The translations under genes were made by a program, and so were the position numbers. From Oculina patagonica (taxonomy: Eukaryota), in assembly GCF_052425735.1 (NCBI RefSeq), contig NC_135769.1, forward strand, positions 31,310,001 to 31,374,000: a DNA stretch of 64,000 bases, in the 5' to 3' direction. A model generated the notes under the pieces. The model saw nothing but the letters and a program-made list of their open reading frames with translations, did not search any database and was not told the DNA's origin. The stretch's first letter is position 1. The number at the start of each line of letters is the position of its first letter. Positions 1 to 21,979 of this stretch are shown in pieces.

Positions 1-256
1 TCTGAAGTGATTCATTGAGATGCAAACAATTTTCAGCACGGTTGGTGAATAAATTTTCTGCAATCCTACACCTTTGCGACATACTTTAAAAAAGTCTCGT
101 TGAATTCAATCCTGACACTATCGATTTCAATCGATTTACACGTATTCCATTTCAGTCTAACGATTTTCTAATGAGTGGTTCATGTCTAATTTGATATCAT
201 TTTGCGCGATTTTATACTGAATCGCTTGCACACTTGACTGATTCATACCCAGTCGC

Positions 257-416
257 AATAGTCCATTTTACAGTTGCCTGCCAAGTGACCTGGCCTTTGA
301 ATGGTAGTGAGGCTGGAGGTGACCTTGCATTGATTCAAACCTCTCTGCTTTATTATGTAAATGCAAACTAGTTTGCATCAAAACAACATGATTAACACAA
401 CAAAAGCAGTGAGGTC

Positions 417-449
<33 letters not shown>

Positions 450-497
450 CCATTCAAAGGCCAGGTCACTGAGCAGACAACTGTAAAATGGTCTATT
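257..497. mobile_element. Palindromic MITE (long terminal inverted repeats)
   Basis: AATAGTCCATTTTACAGTTG...GTGACCTGGCCTTTGAATGG at the left end is the near-perfect reverse complement of the right end (...CCATTCAAAGGCCAGGTCAC...CAACTGTAAAATGGTCTATT); no ORF. Confidence 0.8.
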
Positions 498-1157
498 TCT
501 ACTGCTGGGAAAACATAGACCATCTAACCCGCGAGGGCTTGGGAGAGAGAACAAATAGGCGGCGCGAGGGTCGCTCTGAGATGGAAAACACTTGAAAGGG
601 CAATAGGCCTTATGCATGATAACGTCTATGCTCAAAACTCACCACTAATTATCATCATCATCATCATCATCATGACCAAGAGAGGATACCCATTATCCTC
701 TCTTGTCATGACTTAGTCTCGTTTACATGAATTATTCTCAACCCTCTGCCACCATGCAATTTTCACGAGAGTATCCTTTTCATCTTTGCTGCTTTGGGAA
801 TTAATTCATGATAACTGAATTCACATGTTTGCACTTCGAAAGCGAGGTTTGGTGTTGAAACTAACCATTCTGACGTAAACATGCATAAAATAAGGGCTAT
901 TAGTATGCAAGCAATATGCTTAGTTATTATTATCACAAAGAGAAAACGCCTTCGTACCAAAAGCCAATACTTTCTTCATTCTATAAATATAAGGTACAAT
1001 GTTTTTATAACGGTAATTGTGGAGTGTAAGACTTCATTAAATAAAATTAAAAAAGAACTTAAATAATAAAGGCAAGCTGTTTCCATAAAAAATGTTTCTT
1101 CCGTAAATAGGCTTGCAACGAACTTTAAAAGTCATGTAAATGTCCAAATAAGGAGAA

Positions 1158-11849
<10,692 letters not shown>

Positions 11850-11977
11850 TTCAAAACGCTACATTGCTGTAAAACCTACTAGACACAACACATTCCTTTG
11901 TAAATAACTACTCCATTTCAGTCTACACGGGTGGTCGCCATGTTTACCGGGCCGTGAAAACTAAGAAGGCTATCTTC

Positions 11978-11987
11978 GTGACGTCAC
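11978..11987. promoter_or_regulatory. Palindromic CRE (GTGACGTCAC) upstream of the PP1-like gene
   Basis: Perfect CREB/ATF consensus about 130 bp upstream of the start codon, near an AACATGGCG (YY1-like) motif on the minus strand. Confidence 0.45.
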
Positions 11988-13229
11988 AATGATTTCAGGA
12001 ACGGAATGGACTTCCGAATCACTCACGAATCTGTCCGTTCGCCAGGGTAGTTTTTTCGGTAAAGGTGAGATTTTTCTTTATCTGAAAGCCAAATAACAGC
12101 TTTCAATAATAGAAGTGCAATGTAGCTCATTTCTTGTGTTTTTTTGGGAAGTGACCCAACAACATTATATAATTTGTAAGGAATACCGCAGAAACATCAT
12201 GGGAACAAATCGACTATATGGGTTGAACAGTGACATGATAATTTCAGAGGAGGATTTAGGGGGTGAAGACACTCTCAGAAAGCCCCCCTCTGCTGGTACA
12301 CTCCACCCACCCACCCACCCAACTTTTATGTCAGGAAATTTGAAAATCTCTTGTTCTACCCCTAGGTTTTTGGTTAAATAAACATGTCAAACCATTTACC
12401 TCTTAATCATACAGGGTTTGTCAACATTTCAAGAATAACAATATCATTATCATGGAAAAAAACTAACACACTTTCTTAAAATCGATTACTGCACGATTAG
12501 CTTTAACATACTGGTTCTTTTTTTCTACCTCACGCTTATAAGAAAAGCATGGAATGATGGGGGAGGGGGTCAAATCCATAAGGAAGCCATGCCAAGCAAC
12601 AATCAATAGAAAACAAATATCCCCTGCTAAATGCAGCAGCCGCTGAGTCTGCCACAGGAAACACTGAGATTCTTGAGAAACAAAATTAACTATTTCCCTC
12701 AGGACCAGTTTTCCCCAGCCCCATTTCTACATACTAACCAGAAGAACAGTTCAGTACAAAAATCCAGATATGTATTGTAACACAGAAAAGAGAAAGAAAG
12801 GGTCCTGAGGACCTTAGCCAAAAGAGAAGAGAAAGTACAGGGCTTGTTTTTTTGGTGTTGTTGTTTTTCACAAGATTCAGTTACATCGTATATATTACAT
12901 ATTATACAGTCCCCCAAATAATACAAAAATCTTTTGCATATAGCTTTACCAGTCTCAACTTACTAGGTTAGGTCTCAATATTAAAGGTGCTATACTTAAT
13001 TATAGAGATATTTTCAGCAGGCCAACACATGAGCTCCTCTAACAAGTTCTCTGAGATGACTGAGACTGCAGAGCGTTCTTTCATCTGACTTATCCCCAGT
13101 CGTCACTTATGAGAAGAACAATGCAAGCATGGGGTATGAGCGGAAGGAGGCAGCCATCCTTTGCGTCCCACAATATTTATTTTCTCATAAGAGACGACTG
13201 GAGACAAGTTAGGTCTTTTATTCACTCTA

Positions 13230-13440
13230 GAGGGTAACAAAGGAGGGATCGTGATCCCGTTTCACACACAAATTTTAGCCAAGTTCATGTGTCACATATA
13301 CTTAAAACAGCAGAATTCATGAATCATGTGTCTTTTCTAGCTATTTTCACGCCCCACAGTCTATTTTTGCCCTATTTTCACATGACAAAGACTATTTTTT
13401 CCCCTTTTCACGTGTCTTGCATAAACCCTTTGCTACCCTC
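13230..13440. mobile_element. MITE, TIR GAGGGTA(A/G)CAAAGG, 6-bp TSD ACTCTA
   Basis: ACTCTA|GAGGGTAACAAAGG ... CCTTTGCTACCCTC|ACTCTA; inverted family copy at 46112-46324. Confidence 0.8.
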
Positions 13441-13572
13441 ACTCTAAAGTCATGGGAGAGGAAAATGTGAAATGTGTTGTTAAAAATTTGCACCAACTTT
13501 ATAGATAGTACCAACTTAATCTTCATTGATAATACATAATGGCAAATGATAAACCATGGATTTTTTGATTTT

Positions 13573-14229
13573 TCAATAGGAAAATGTATCTAGTAGAAGT
13601 CTCTTCATTGTTGTTCCAACTGACTGCGAGGGTTGATCAGAAGCCTGGTAACTAAACTTATGAAGATAAGGTTGAACGTCTTTGAAACTCACATCGAAAA
13701 CATTGGCAACGTCTGATTGATTTGGCATTTTAGGAACGTATTCCGGCCTGTTCATTACTCCAGCTATACAGATTATCTTCTCAGCGAGAGCTTCACCGAC
13801 TTTTTCACGGCAAATTTGTCGTTCGTGTTCGTTAGCAAGGGTGACGACATTTAATTTCACGGTCCAAATTTCCCACGGTATATTCTCCATTCCAAACGGC
13901 CAACGCGCTTTCTTTTTCTGATAAAATTCCAGAGATATTTGCCCACTCCTCAGGCCTTCGGGACTCTTAAGAGATTCTCTAAACTCCGCAACTTGTCTTT
14001 TCAAGGCGCGATGTAAATCATCTGAATCTACGCGGACGTAGGTGGAATCCACAAAATCACAATCCACATCGACCATTCCTACCGTTCCAATGCTGTAAGA
14101 TCCCTCTCTTTTGTAACTAAACTTTCCAGATGTCCTATGAAGTAAAATTGAGTGAAATATACTCAAGATTACTTCTTCGATTTGCCGTCCTTCAACGGAT
14201 AATTCAAACACTTGCGATCGAGCATTCAT
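13573..14229 (-). CDS. ATG101: Autophagy-related protein 101 (HORMA domain), single coding exon, 218 aa
   Basis: [51 protein letters not shown]... matches the ATG101 family; WF finger (ARWPF) and IPWEIW are present; length is typical. Confidence 0.97.
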   Translation of the reverse strand: MNARSQVFELSVEGRQIEEVILSIFHSILLHRTSGKFSYKREGSYSIGTVGMVDVDCDFVDSTYVRVDSDDLHRALKRQVAEFRESLKSPEGLRSGQISLEFYQKKKARWPFGMENIPWEIWTVKLNVVTLANEHERQICREKVGEALAEKIICIAGVMNRPEYVPKMPNQSDVANVFDVSFKDVQPYLHKFSYQASDQPSQSVGTTMKRLLLDTFSY

Positions 14230-14334
14230 GATTGTTTTTCTGTTTACAACTGGTAAGTCCCAGGCTTTCTTCTTCCTCTTTTTTGAGAAAGGACGAGGTC
14301 CTGGGAACTACTTTGCCTCTTTGCCACATCCAAT
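14230..14334. promoter_or_regulatory. Bidirectional promoter/5'UTR interval between ATG101 and NDUFA3-like
   Basis: Only 105 bp separate the two divergent start codons. Confidence 0.7.
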
Positions 14335-17300
14335 ATGGCGGGCGTGTTTAGAAGATCTGTTGAATGGCTTAGATATGCTTGGGCAAGGGAGCCTGTGGTA
14401 TTTATGTCATGTGTTTTTGGATTTTCAGGTAATTTAGTTTCTATAGATAACTTTTGCTAACGTTCAATGGGTTGATATGCGGGTTTAAACCAGCTCAACT
14501 AAACCCAGTTGTATCCATTAGGAGTCCTCCATATTGGATCATCAAGTTGAAAGTTTTGTTGTTTTAAAGCGTGTCAAGTACATTTCTAAGAATATTTCAA
14601 GAGTAAAAGTTTGTGTTTGGATTAACTAAAGATATTTCAGTTAGTAACAGAAACAACTTGACTGAAGAAGAAAATAAATACTGTATACTACAAGAAATCA
14701 CACAGTTAACATCCCAGTAGCATGTATTCACAGCACTTGCACTTGTTGTGAACTGTTCCAGTTCCAAGCCAGTTTTTTCCCGAAAAGGCTGATTTCCAAA
14801 CTGAGCTCCAGCAATTTAAATTGGATGATGCTTCTCATGTCAACCCGGCGTATCCAATCGAACGTTCAGTAATCAAACCGAATCGAACACCAATCGTTCG
14901 ATTGGTGTTCGATTGGAAGGGACATTTTGTACAGTGCACAGTGGATATTTTGTACAGTGCACAGTCCCCCTGATTAGTCCTGTGTGATTTACTTATCAAG
15001 AGACGGATTCCGACAAATTTTTTTTTTTTTTATTTTGTTTTTTTTTTGTTTTTTTTTTTTTTTTTTTTTTGTTTTTTTTTTTTTATTAAATCAGATTGAG
15101 TTCGATTGTGTTCAATTGTGTTCGATTGGTTAGAAAATCGAACTAACGGCAAAATAGATGTTCGATTTTGTTGGATTACCGAACCCAATCAAACGATTGG
15201 AGTTCGATTGGGTTCAATTAGTTTTTGGTTCGGTTTTGTTCGATTTGATATGCCGGGTGTCAATCCATCAAAAATTGTTTAAAATATCAAAGCATTACAA
15301 ATGGCCACACAAATTTGTATGGATCCCCTGTGTTTAAAGTCGATGCAAGGGAAACACTATGAGCTTTTAAAATGTCCTAGGCAAGGGTTTATGCCATTTC
15401 CGTTTCTGATTAGAAGTTCCAATGACATGTTCTTACAGGCACAGTCTCACAGTTGTAACAAATATAGCAAAATTATATGTTCTTCAGCACCAAAATTGTG
15501 ACATTATTGTTCCACTTAAGGATACTACATGTACAAATGTAATATAAATGAACATGTTTTGGAAACCTGCAAGGGCTTGTGGGCACTACAGACAAATGGC
15601 CACTAGGGGACCCTTGCAAAATTTACTAACAAGTAGAGAACACTGATTGAGCTGTCTTGCTTTTCATTTCCTCCCTTTAGGTCCAGCAATAGCATTGGTG
15701 AGTCCCTGGACAAAGGATACAATTGAAACAATGAAGTCAATTCCCCGTGTCTACCCATGTAAGTTATTCTTAAGTTTCACCTTTTTTTGGCAGAGTGCTA
15801 GTCAAAGCTGGAAGTCATGCGATGAATTCTGCAAATTAAAGGGAAAATTTAGTACAGAATTGACCTGATTTGATTTAGCACCAGTGGGAAGGGGGTTATT
15901 TTGTTTTGAAGTCTTGAGGAGGGGGCCTATTCAGGATCGGGTACTTATTTCTTTTTTGAGATAAACTCAGATTTTCCAAAAAGATACAAGTTTACAGGAT
16001 AAAGTGTTTGACTGCATTACAGTTTATGTTGTTTTCATGGTCCAAAGTTTTTGAGAAAAAAGGCAGTATTTAGTATGCACCTGCCATGTTGGAGTTGTCC
16101 TTGAAGTGAAGTAGATCTTTTCCCCGAACTTTAAGTTCTTTACATGTAACTACTAATTAAATAGTAATTATTAGTATATACTAAAACAGTAGATAGCGTT
16201 TATGGCGCGCGCTGTTTGGCTACTCAATCTCCGAATATCCCATGCTATTCACCCCCAAGCAACGCACCCAAGAAAATTGTAATCTTTGAAGGGAATAAAC
16301 TAGACAAAAATTATATTGACCACTAGCCACCTCCACTTCGGTGAATAGTTGTTAACTATCATGTCAGAAAATTTACAAATGACATTAAAATATCCATTTT
16401 TGTGACAGCTTAGAAACATGTTCACAAGTTACATCACAAATTTCAAAATACTTTATTTCCAAATCAGTGTTCTCCCTAGTTTTCAACACAGCAGGTAAGA
16501 AAACTTTTTAAACCGGTAAAGAAATTCCGGTAAATCCCAGCCGTTTTCTAGTCTACCAACATGAAACCGAATGTTGTCCAAATGCTGGTCGAATTCGTTA
16601 TTCTGTTGTTTTAAGGAGATACATTTGCTGTCGCTTACATGACGTACTACTTAAAAAATCGGCGGTCCTGTTTCCTCTTTGCTACAAATTGCTGCAGTTC
16701 TTTTTTTTCTTTGCTTCGAATACTCAGCATACACGACAGCGTTGTTACAAAGTTGTATTCTGAATGCTTCTTTTAACCTGTCATCTGGATTTTGTTTTAA
16801 ACACGTACGAACTTATGAGAATAATTTGACATCGAAAGCTGCCTTTGTCTGCACCACGCGTCAGCTACGGTCAACTAAGCAATCAACTATTTTCTGCATT
16901 TTGAATGCAACCCTCCATGGCGACTAAAATTTTGGAGCTGGCGACTAAATTTGAACCAAGGTCGCCAGCCTGGCGACTAAAATTGAGAGGAATGATTGAA
17001 AGCATCAGCTTAATTTGGTGACTTAAATTTTTCACTGGCGACCAAAACTTGAGTAGTTGGTGGCCAAATGGCCACTAAGGAAAAAAGTAAACTTGGAGGG
17101 TTGGAATGTTTTTGAAAACTAAACTATTATATGTAAGTAATATTTCTCACTTATGGAATTATTTTTACCTCTTTGCCTTTGTGATTGTTTTATTTTCAAT
17201 GGACAAAGTGAAAGGACAGCAAGGATTGCTGTAGCTCAATTGTGGAATCGATCGTGGAAACTGTGCAACAACAGATGTGCACTTGCCACGAAGTGAGAAA

Positions 17301-18196
17301 CACCTGCAAAACTTGCTCTTTCCTCAATACCAGCCCTCAGAGATTCGGAAAGCGAAGGGAAATAAAGAATATTGAATACTAGCACAAATTCGTAAATGAA
17401 TATTGCATTTGTCGCTGTTTATTTTCAATCTGTTATTTTATATTTTCAATCATGACTACGAAGCTGAAACGAATGGTGTTACTTTGTTATTTACCTGTTG
17501 AATTTACAAGATATCCTAGCGATTCTAGGCGGTAAAGAGTCGTGTTACAAGCGGTAAATTTTACCGGTTACCGCCTGATAAGGAGAACCCTGCCAAAACA
17601 AGGCACTGAAACGATACCACATTTGATCCAAATAGGTGCAATAGAACCTTTGCTTAGGACTACTTTGGTAACCCATTGACACCAGGAGATTTTTGAAAAA
17701 TGAAGTGTGTGTTTTTTTAGCTATTTTAAAATAGATAGTGTAAATGTTACTTAGCGGTAAATACGTTACAAAATTTGGCCTTATAATTATGACTCTAGTC
17801 ACAAAAGAAAAAGGGAACAGGTAATGACAGGATACATGATTCAGGAGAACACTTGCTGTCTGTGTTCAGAAAGAAAGTAGACAGTAAACCAAACCAAAAG
17901 GCCCAGCTCACCACGAGTCTCTCCTAGATCAGTTGGTTAGAGCGCCCAACCAGTATCTGGGAGGCCATGGGTTCGATTCCCGTCGGGGACTCAGAATTTT
18001 CCTTTGTCCCATGCTTGTGTCATTGTTAAAAAATTCATCTTCAACCAAAACATGTATGAGAAGGAGTGATAGCTTTCATGCTAATCTGACTGTTTTTTTT
18101 TTTTTTTTCATTTTTGCAGATCCACAGCTGGAGGGTAAAGATATGAGTGATTATGATAGTCATGGAGACTTCAAGAACGTTAAATATCTGTTTTGA
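14335..18196 (+). CDS. NDUFA3: NADH dehydrogenase (complex I) 1 alpha subcomplex subunit 3 (B9)-like, 3 exons, 82 aa
   Basis: Exons 14335-14428, 15681-15758, 18120-18196 (phase 1/1, GT-AG). Protein MAGVFRRSVEWLRYAWAREPVVFMSCVFGFSGPAIALVSPWTKDTIETMKSIPRVYPYPQLEGKDMSDYDSHGDFKNVKYLF matches the NDUFA3 pattern (L..AW.kEPV, one TM helix, SP, P..YP.P). AATAAA near 18363. Confidence 0.88.
14844..15257. mobile_element. MITE, TIR CCCGGC(G/A)TATC, 6-bp TSD TGTCAA
   Basis: TGTCAA|CCCGGCGTATCCAATCGAAC ... GTTCGATTTGATATGCCGGG|TGTCAA; TCGAAC/GTTCGA subrepeats; poly-T stretch inside. Confidence 0.8.
16465..17592. mobile_element. hAT-like non-autonomous element carrying a nested MITE
   Basis: CAGTGTTCTCC ... 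GGAGAACCCTG termini; CCGGTAA subrepeats near both ends. Confidence 0.6.
16908..17103. mobile_element. MITE, TIR CAACCCTCCA, 5-bp TSD GAATG (nested, inverted copy)
   Basis: GAATG|CAACCCTCCA ... TGGAGGGTTG|GAATG. Confidence 0.85.
17900..18043 (+). mobile_element. Repeat with a tRNA-like module (SINE-like)
   Basis: TAGATCAGTTGGTTAGAGCG (A box) and GGTTCGATTCC (B box); homologous copies with shared flanks at about 43490-43730 and 60331-60560. Confidence 0.7.
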
Positions 18197-18432
18197 GGAC
18201 CACAACATTTTGAGTGAAAGATCCTGTGGATAACTTGTACAATAATTATTTTTGTCATGTGTTTCAGTTTCTTGGTTGCGTGACTGAAGAAAATAGCTTT
18301 GTTTCTTTTTGACTTGAATGTAATTTTTAATATCTGAATGTATGGCCATTTTAATCACTTTAAATAAAGGTTAACTTTCTGTACAATGATGTAATGTATA
18401 TGAAATGATTCATATATGAACTGCAGATGGAT

Positions 18433-18594
18433 ATGAATGTGATAAATGATCATCGCAGTGAATTTCCAATTTAAGCTATTGGAATAAAGAAGCCTGAAAA
18501 AAAAATCCCGTTGAAACCCTGAATTTTTTTCAGGCTTCTTTATTCCAATTGCTTAAATTGGAAATTCACTGCGATGATCATTTATCACATTCAT
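18433..18594. repeat. Long near-perfect inverted repeat (about 70-bp arms)
   Basis: ATGAATGTGATAAATGATCATCGCAGTGAATTTCCAATTTAAGC...GAAGCCTGAAAAAA followed, after a short spacer, by its reverse complement. Confidence 0.85.
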
Positions 18595-18744
18595 TTCTGT
18601 ACAATGGTGGAAGATACTTTGACTTGCAGCACTTTTCTCCACTGAAATTGACAGCATGTTGGAAGCACCCAGCAAGTTACCCTCCCCTCCCTCCCCCCTC
18701 TCATCCAGGAAGAAATGCAATTCTCCCACTTCAGTCCATGCTAC

Positions 18745-18788
18745 TAGGCTTGATATCCAGTCGTTTAAACGGCTAGATATCAAGCCTA
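18745..18788. mobile_element. 44-bp spacerless palindromic insertion with a 10-bp flanking direct repeat
   Basis: TCCATGCTAC|TAGGCTTGATATCCAGTCGTTT AAACGGCTAGATATCAAGCCTA|TCCATGCTAC. Confidence 0.8.
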
Positions 18789-21700
18789 TCCATGCTACAG
18801 GAATTAGAAATAATACGCTTTATGTTACATTGGATCTCGTGGATTGAAAAAAAGGGGATGAGAGTTGATTCTCGTGAGAGTTCTCGTCATCTCTCAACAG
18901 CTATCCCCAAGTTGGGCCAAACGAGAGTCCGTCAATAGCGAGAGTAAGAAAGAGAAAACTCTCATCGACTCCCATGAAAAGTTTAAGCATGTTCAAAGTC
19001 GACGACAGTGGATGAGAGTGCATGAGAGCTTCAGGCCAAACGAGAGCTAGAGTTTGAACTCTCATCAACTCTCATCCTCGTTTGGTCCGGCCTCATGGCT
19101 TCCAAGTTTTTAAGGCTAGCAGTAAGTGCTATGTTCTGTTCTGTAATGGACTAGCATCAATTCCAGGGATGTAACAATTCAACGTTAAATAGTTGCTTTA
19201 TGTTACAGAACGTTTCAAGAAATAAAAATTGTGTAAAAATACTCAAAATATAAAGAGTAGCACGATGTTTATAAACCAGGGTACCAAAACTGGCTAAGGG
19301 CTCCAGACCCAAAAAAGCCAGCTGGCTTTATACTCCCCAAAAACAGGGCTTTGGGCTTTGCCGCAAACGTTTTCAGGGATCTAAGCTCTGCAGTAAAATA
19401 ATATTAGGGCTCCGCCGATCACATCGATGGGGCTCCATGAAGTGAACTGCTCGTAACTGACATTAAAAATTCACGCAATCGTACTGCAATTACTGTAGAA
19501 TAGGAGCGCCAGATTAGTCAGGAACGAGACTTCCCTGGGTGAGAGCCTAAGACAAGCATCTTCACGGTGAGGCTCCGACCTCAAACTCTTACACATTACC
19601 CTTTTGTATACCAGTTTACAGCAATTTACCCCTTTCTATACCTTTTACTGAGTAAAGACCCCTTTCAGACACCTAAAAGCCTCGCATAGACTAGAAGCAG
19701 GACTTTTCTTGTCATTTTCATGTTGATTTTAAATTAAAATAATACAGCCATAAAGTGCGTTATTGAAATATTTGTAGTTCAGGCCCTTAGATAGGCTAGA
19801 TAGGATTTCCCTACCCTTTATTACCTAGACTTGGAAATCCCTACCCTTTTATATACCTGAGGCCTGAAAAAGTTACCCCTTTCGGGCGGAGCCTCTCCAT
19901 ATAGGACCGCCATATGGAGTACCCCATCCCCCGAAACGAGAATTTTGTTACTGTCCGGTTAAAAACCAGAAGGCATAGCATTGTCATTCCGTGATAGCTA
20001 CTAGAATAACAGCAATCAGGTAAAAAAGACTAAAGGAGACCAAAACGTCGGGAATATGTTAGGCTGAATACTCATCGATGACTTAACGGTATTTGGGGGA
20101 GGAAAGATGGATGAGAGCACGAACCAAACCAAATTCCCCCCCCCCCCCCCGCACCACCACCACCACCGACCTCTTACATGTGTCTTCTAGACGCTGCACA
20201 TAGAGTTCACTTAGAATGATGAATAGCGAAAATGTAACTGACAATCGACACACAACCCCTAAATCTCATCCCCCCACCCCCCCCCCCCCCTTGTGCCTTG
20301 GGAGATTTCAGGTCTTTCTGGATAAAACTAGCTAATTACCCCGAGGGTGGTGACTCCCACATAAAAGGGGCGGGGATGCTTGTCGTCTCGCTTGGCGATG
20401 TAAATTTTAGATCTTTTGGTCTCACTTAGGATGTTACGGGCAAAACGCCAATATTGTTTAGCTGTCAGGAACTCGTTTAATTTAGGGTTGCACACGAAGA
20501 AATATAAAAAATACCAATTCTATTTCAGTTTTTAGTATTTTGGTATCTTTTAGGGGTAAAAAGAAAAGCTTGATCCACGCCCATATTGGTCTCTTTTAGG
20601 GGTTCTTTTCAAAATTTCCGACGAACATGCCCGCCTCTTTCATATGGGAGTCACCCTCCGAGCTAATAAAAAGAACAAATAACAGCCATTTGGAATATGA
20701 GAATCTTTGATTTTAATCAAACACTTCAAATGAGCATATTGCATACTATGCTTTCATAAGAAAGCGCTAGTTTCATTAAGTTAACAATATTAATTATATT
20801 TCAGGTTTGACTTGAGTTCTGTACATTATTTACATGGATAAATAACATATTTACTTTTAACCTTTAAATTAAATCGTTCATTTATACAATTCTTACTCTT
20901 TATAACTATTTTTATATCCTGCTACATTTTAAACAACCGGCGTTATCCCTTCATGTCCCTTCTCCCAAAAAACCTTCGTAATTTCAAAACTTTTTTGAAT
21001 GGAAGGGAGGCGATTAGTTATAGAATGCACTCCTTTATATACTATGTCATTTTGATTTTCTGAAATTTAAAATGTAAGAGAGAGTAAACCATAAGAACCT
21101 TATTGTATTCCTCATGGAGTTTTTTTTTTTTTTGGTTTTCACAATGAAATTTTCACTTTCATTTTCTTTTCTATTCGGATTTTCTTTACTTTTTTTTTTT
21201 ATGTTTTTTTAATTTTTTTTTTTTTTTAAATATTTTTTAAATAAAAAAACCTTTTTTTAAGAAGGGGTAAAATTTTTTTTTTTATTTTTTTTTTTTTTTC
21301 TATTTTTTTCCCCCTTTTTTTTCTCCTTTAAAATATTTTTTTTTTACCTAAAAGGCCCAAAAAAATGTTTTCGCTGGCATATGTGATATGCAGCTTTTCA
21401 ACTACTGGATCGATATAACTGCTAATGTAACGACACTGCATTTGCTTCGTATTCAACAATATGTTGATTGTCGTCTCATATTCTTAGCCAATCTACGGTT
21501 CGAATTAAACCGAGATATTCTGCAAAATAAACTTGTTCAATAAACTTTTTTCGGCTTGTTACGCTTGCGCACTGGCCTATTTTAAGGAACTTTTCTTAGC
21601 CTATACATCGCGAAAAAGTATAGCCCTTTTGAACTTAGCCCACTGTCACTGCTACTTTCGTTTTAACGAAAGAAAATCTTGTGATCTCAAGTGGAATCTT

Positions 21701-21979
21701 AGTTGCGTTGGTATTTTAGAAATCCTGAAAACAAGTTTCGATTCTAAGTAGATCGTCGTCGTAGAATACCCGAGGACCCGAAGACTTTCCGATTGTTAAT
21801 CATCAATCCGAGGTCGGTTTGTCGCGTCATCTTGACGTCAAACGTTACGTCATGTTACTAAGTAACAGAACTGTCAATTCTTGGAGAGTTGATTCCGAGT
21901 AAGAACGGTTCGTTATTCCACTGATTGTGTAAAGCAGATACGACTCCACGTGAATCACTTCAACTCCGCTGAATGCCGC

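Noticed and set aside
17918-17992. Apparent tRNA gene (also at about 43560-43637 and 60378-60454)
   Set aside because: Anticodon loops are non-canonical and differ between copies, and the flanks are shared, so these are repeat modules rather than tRNA genes.
21120-21365. Long T/A-rich low-complexity tract
   Set aside because: Resembles degraded base calls after a homopolymer; no structure.
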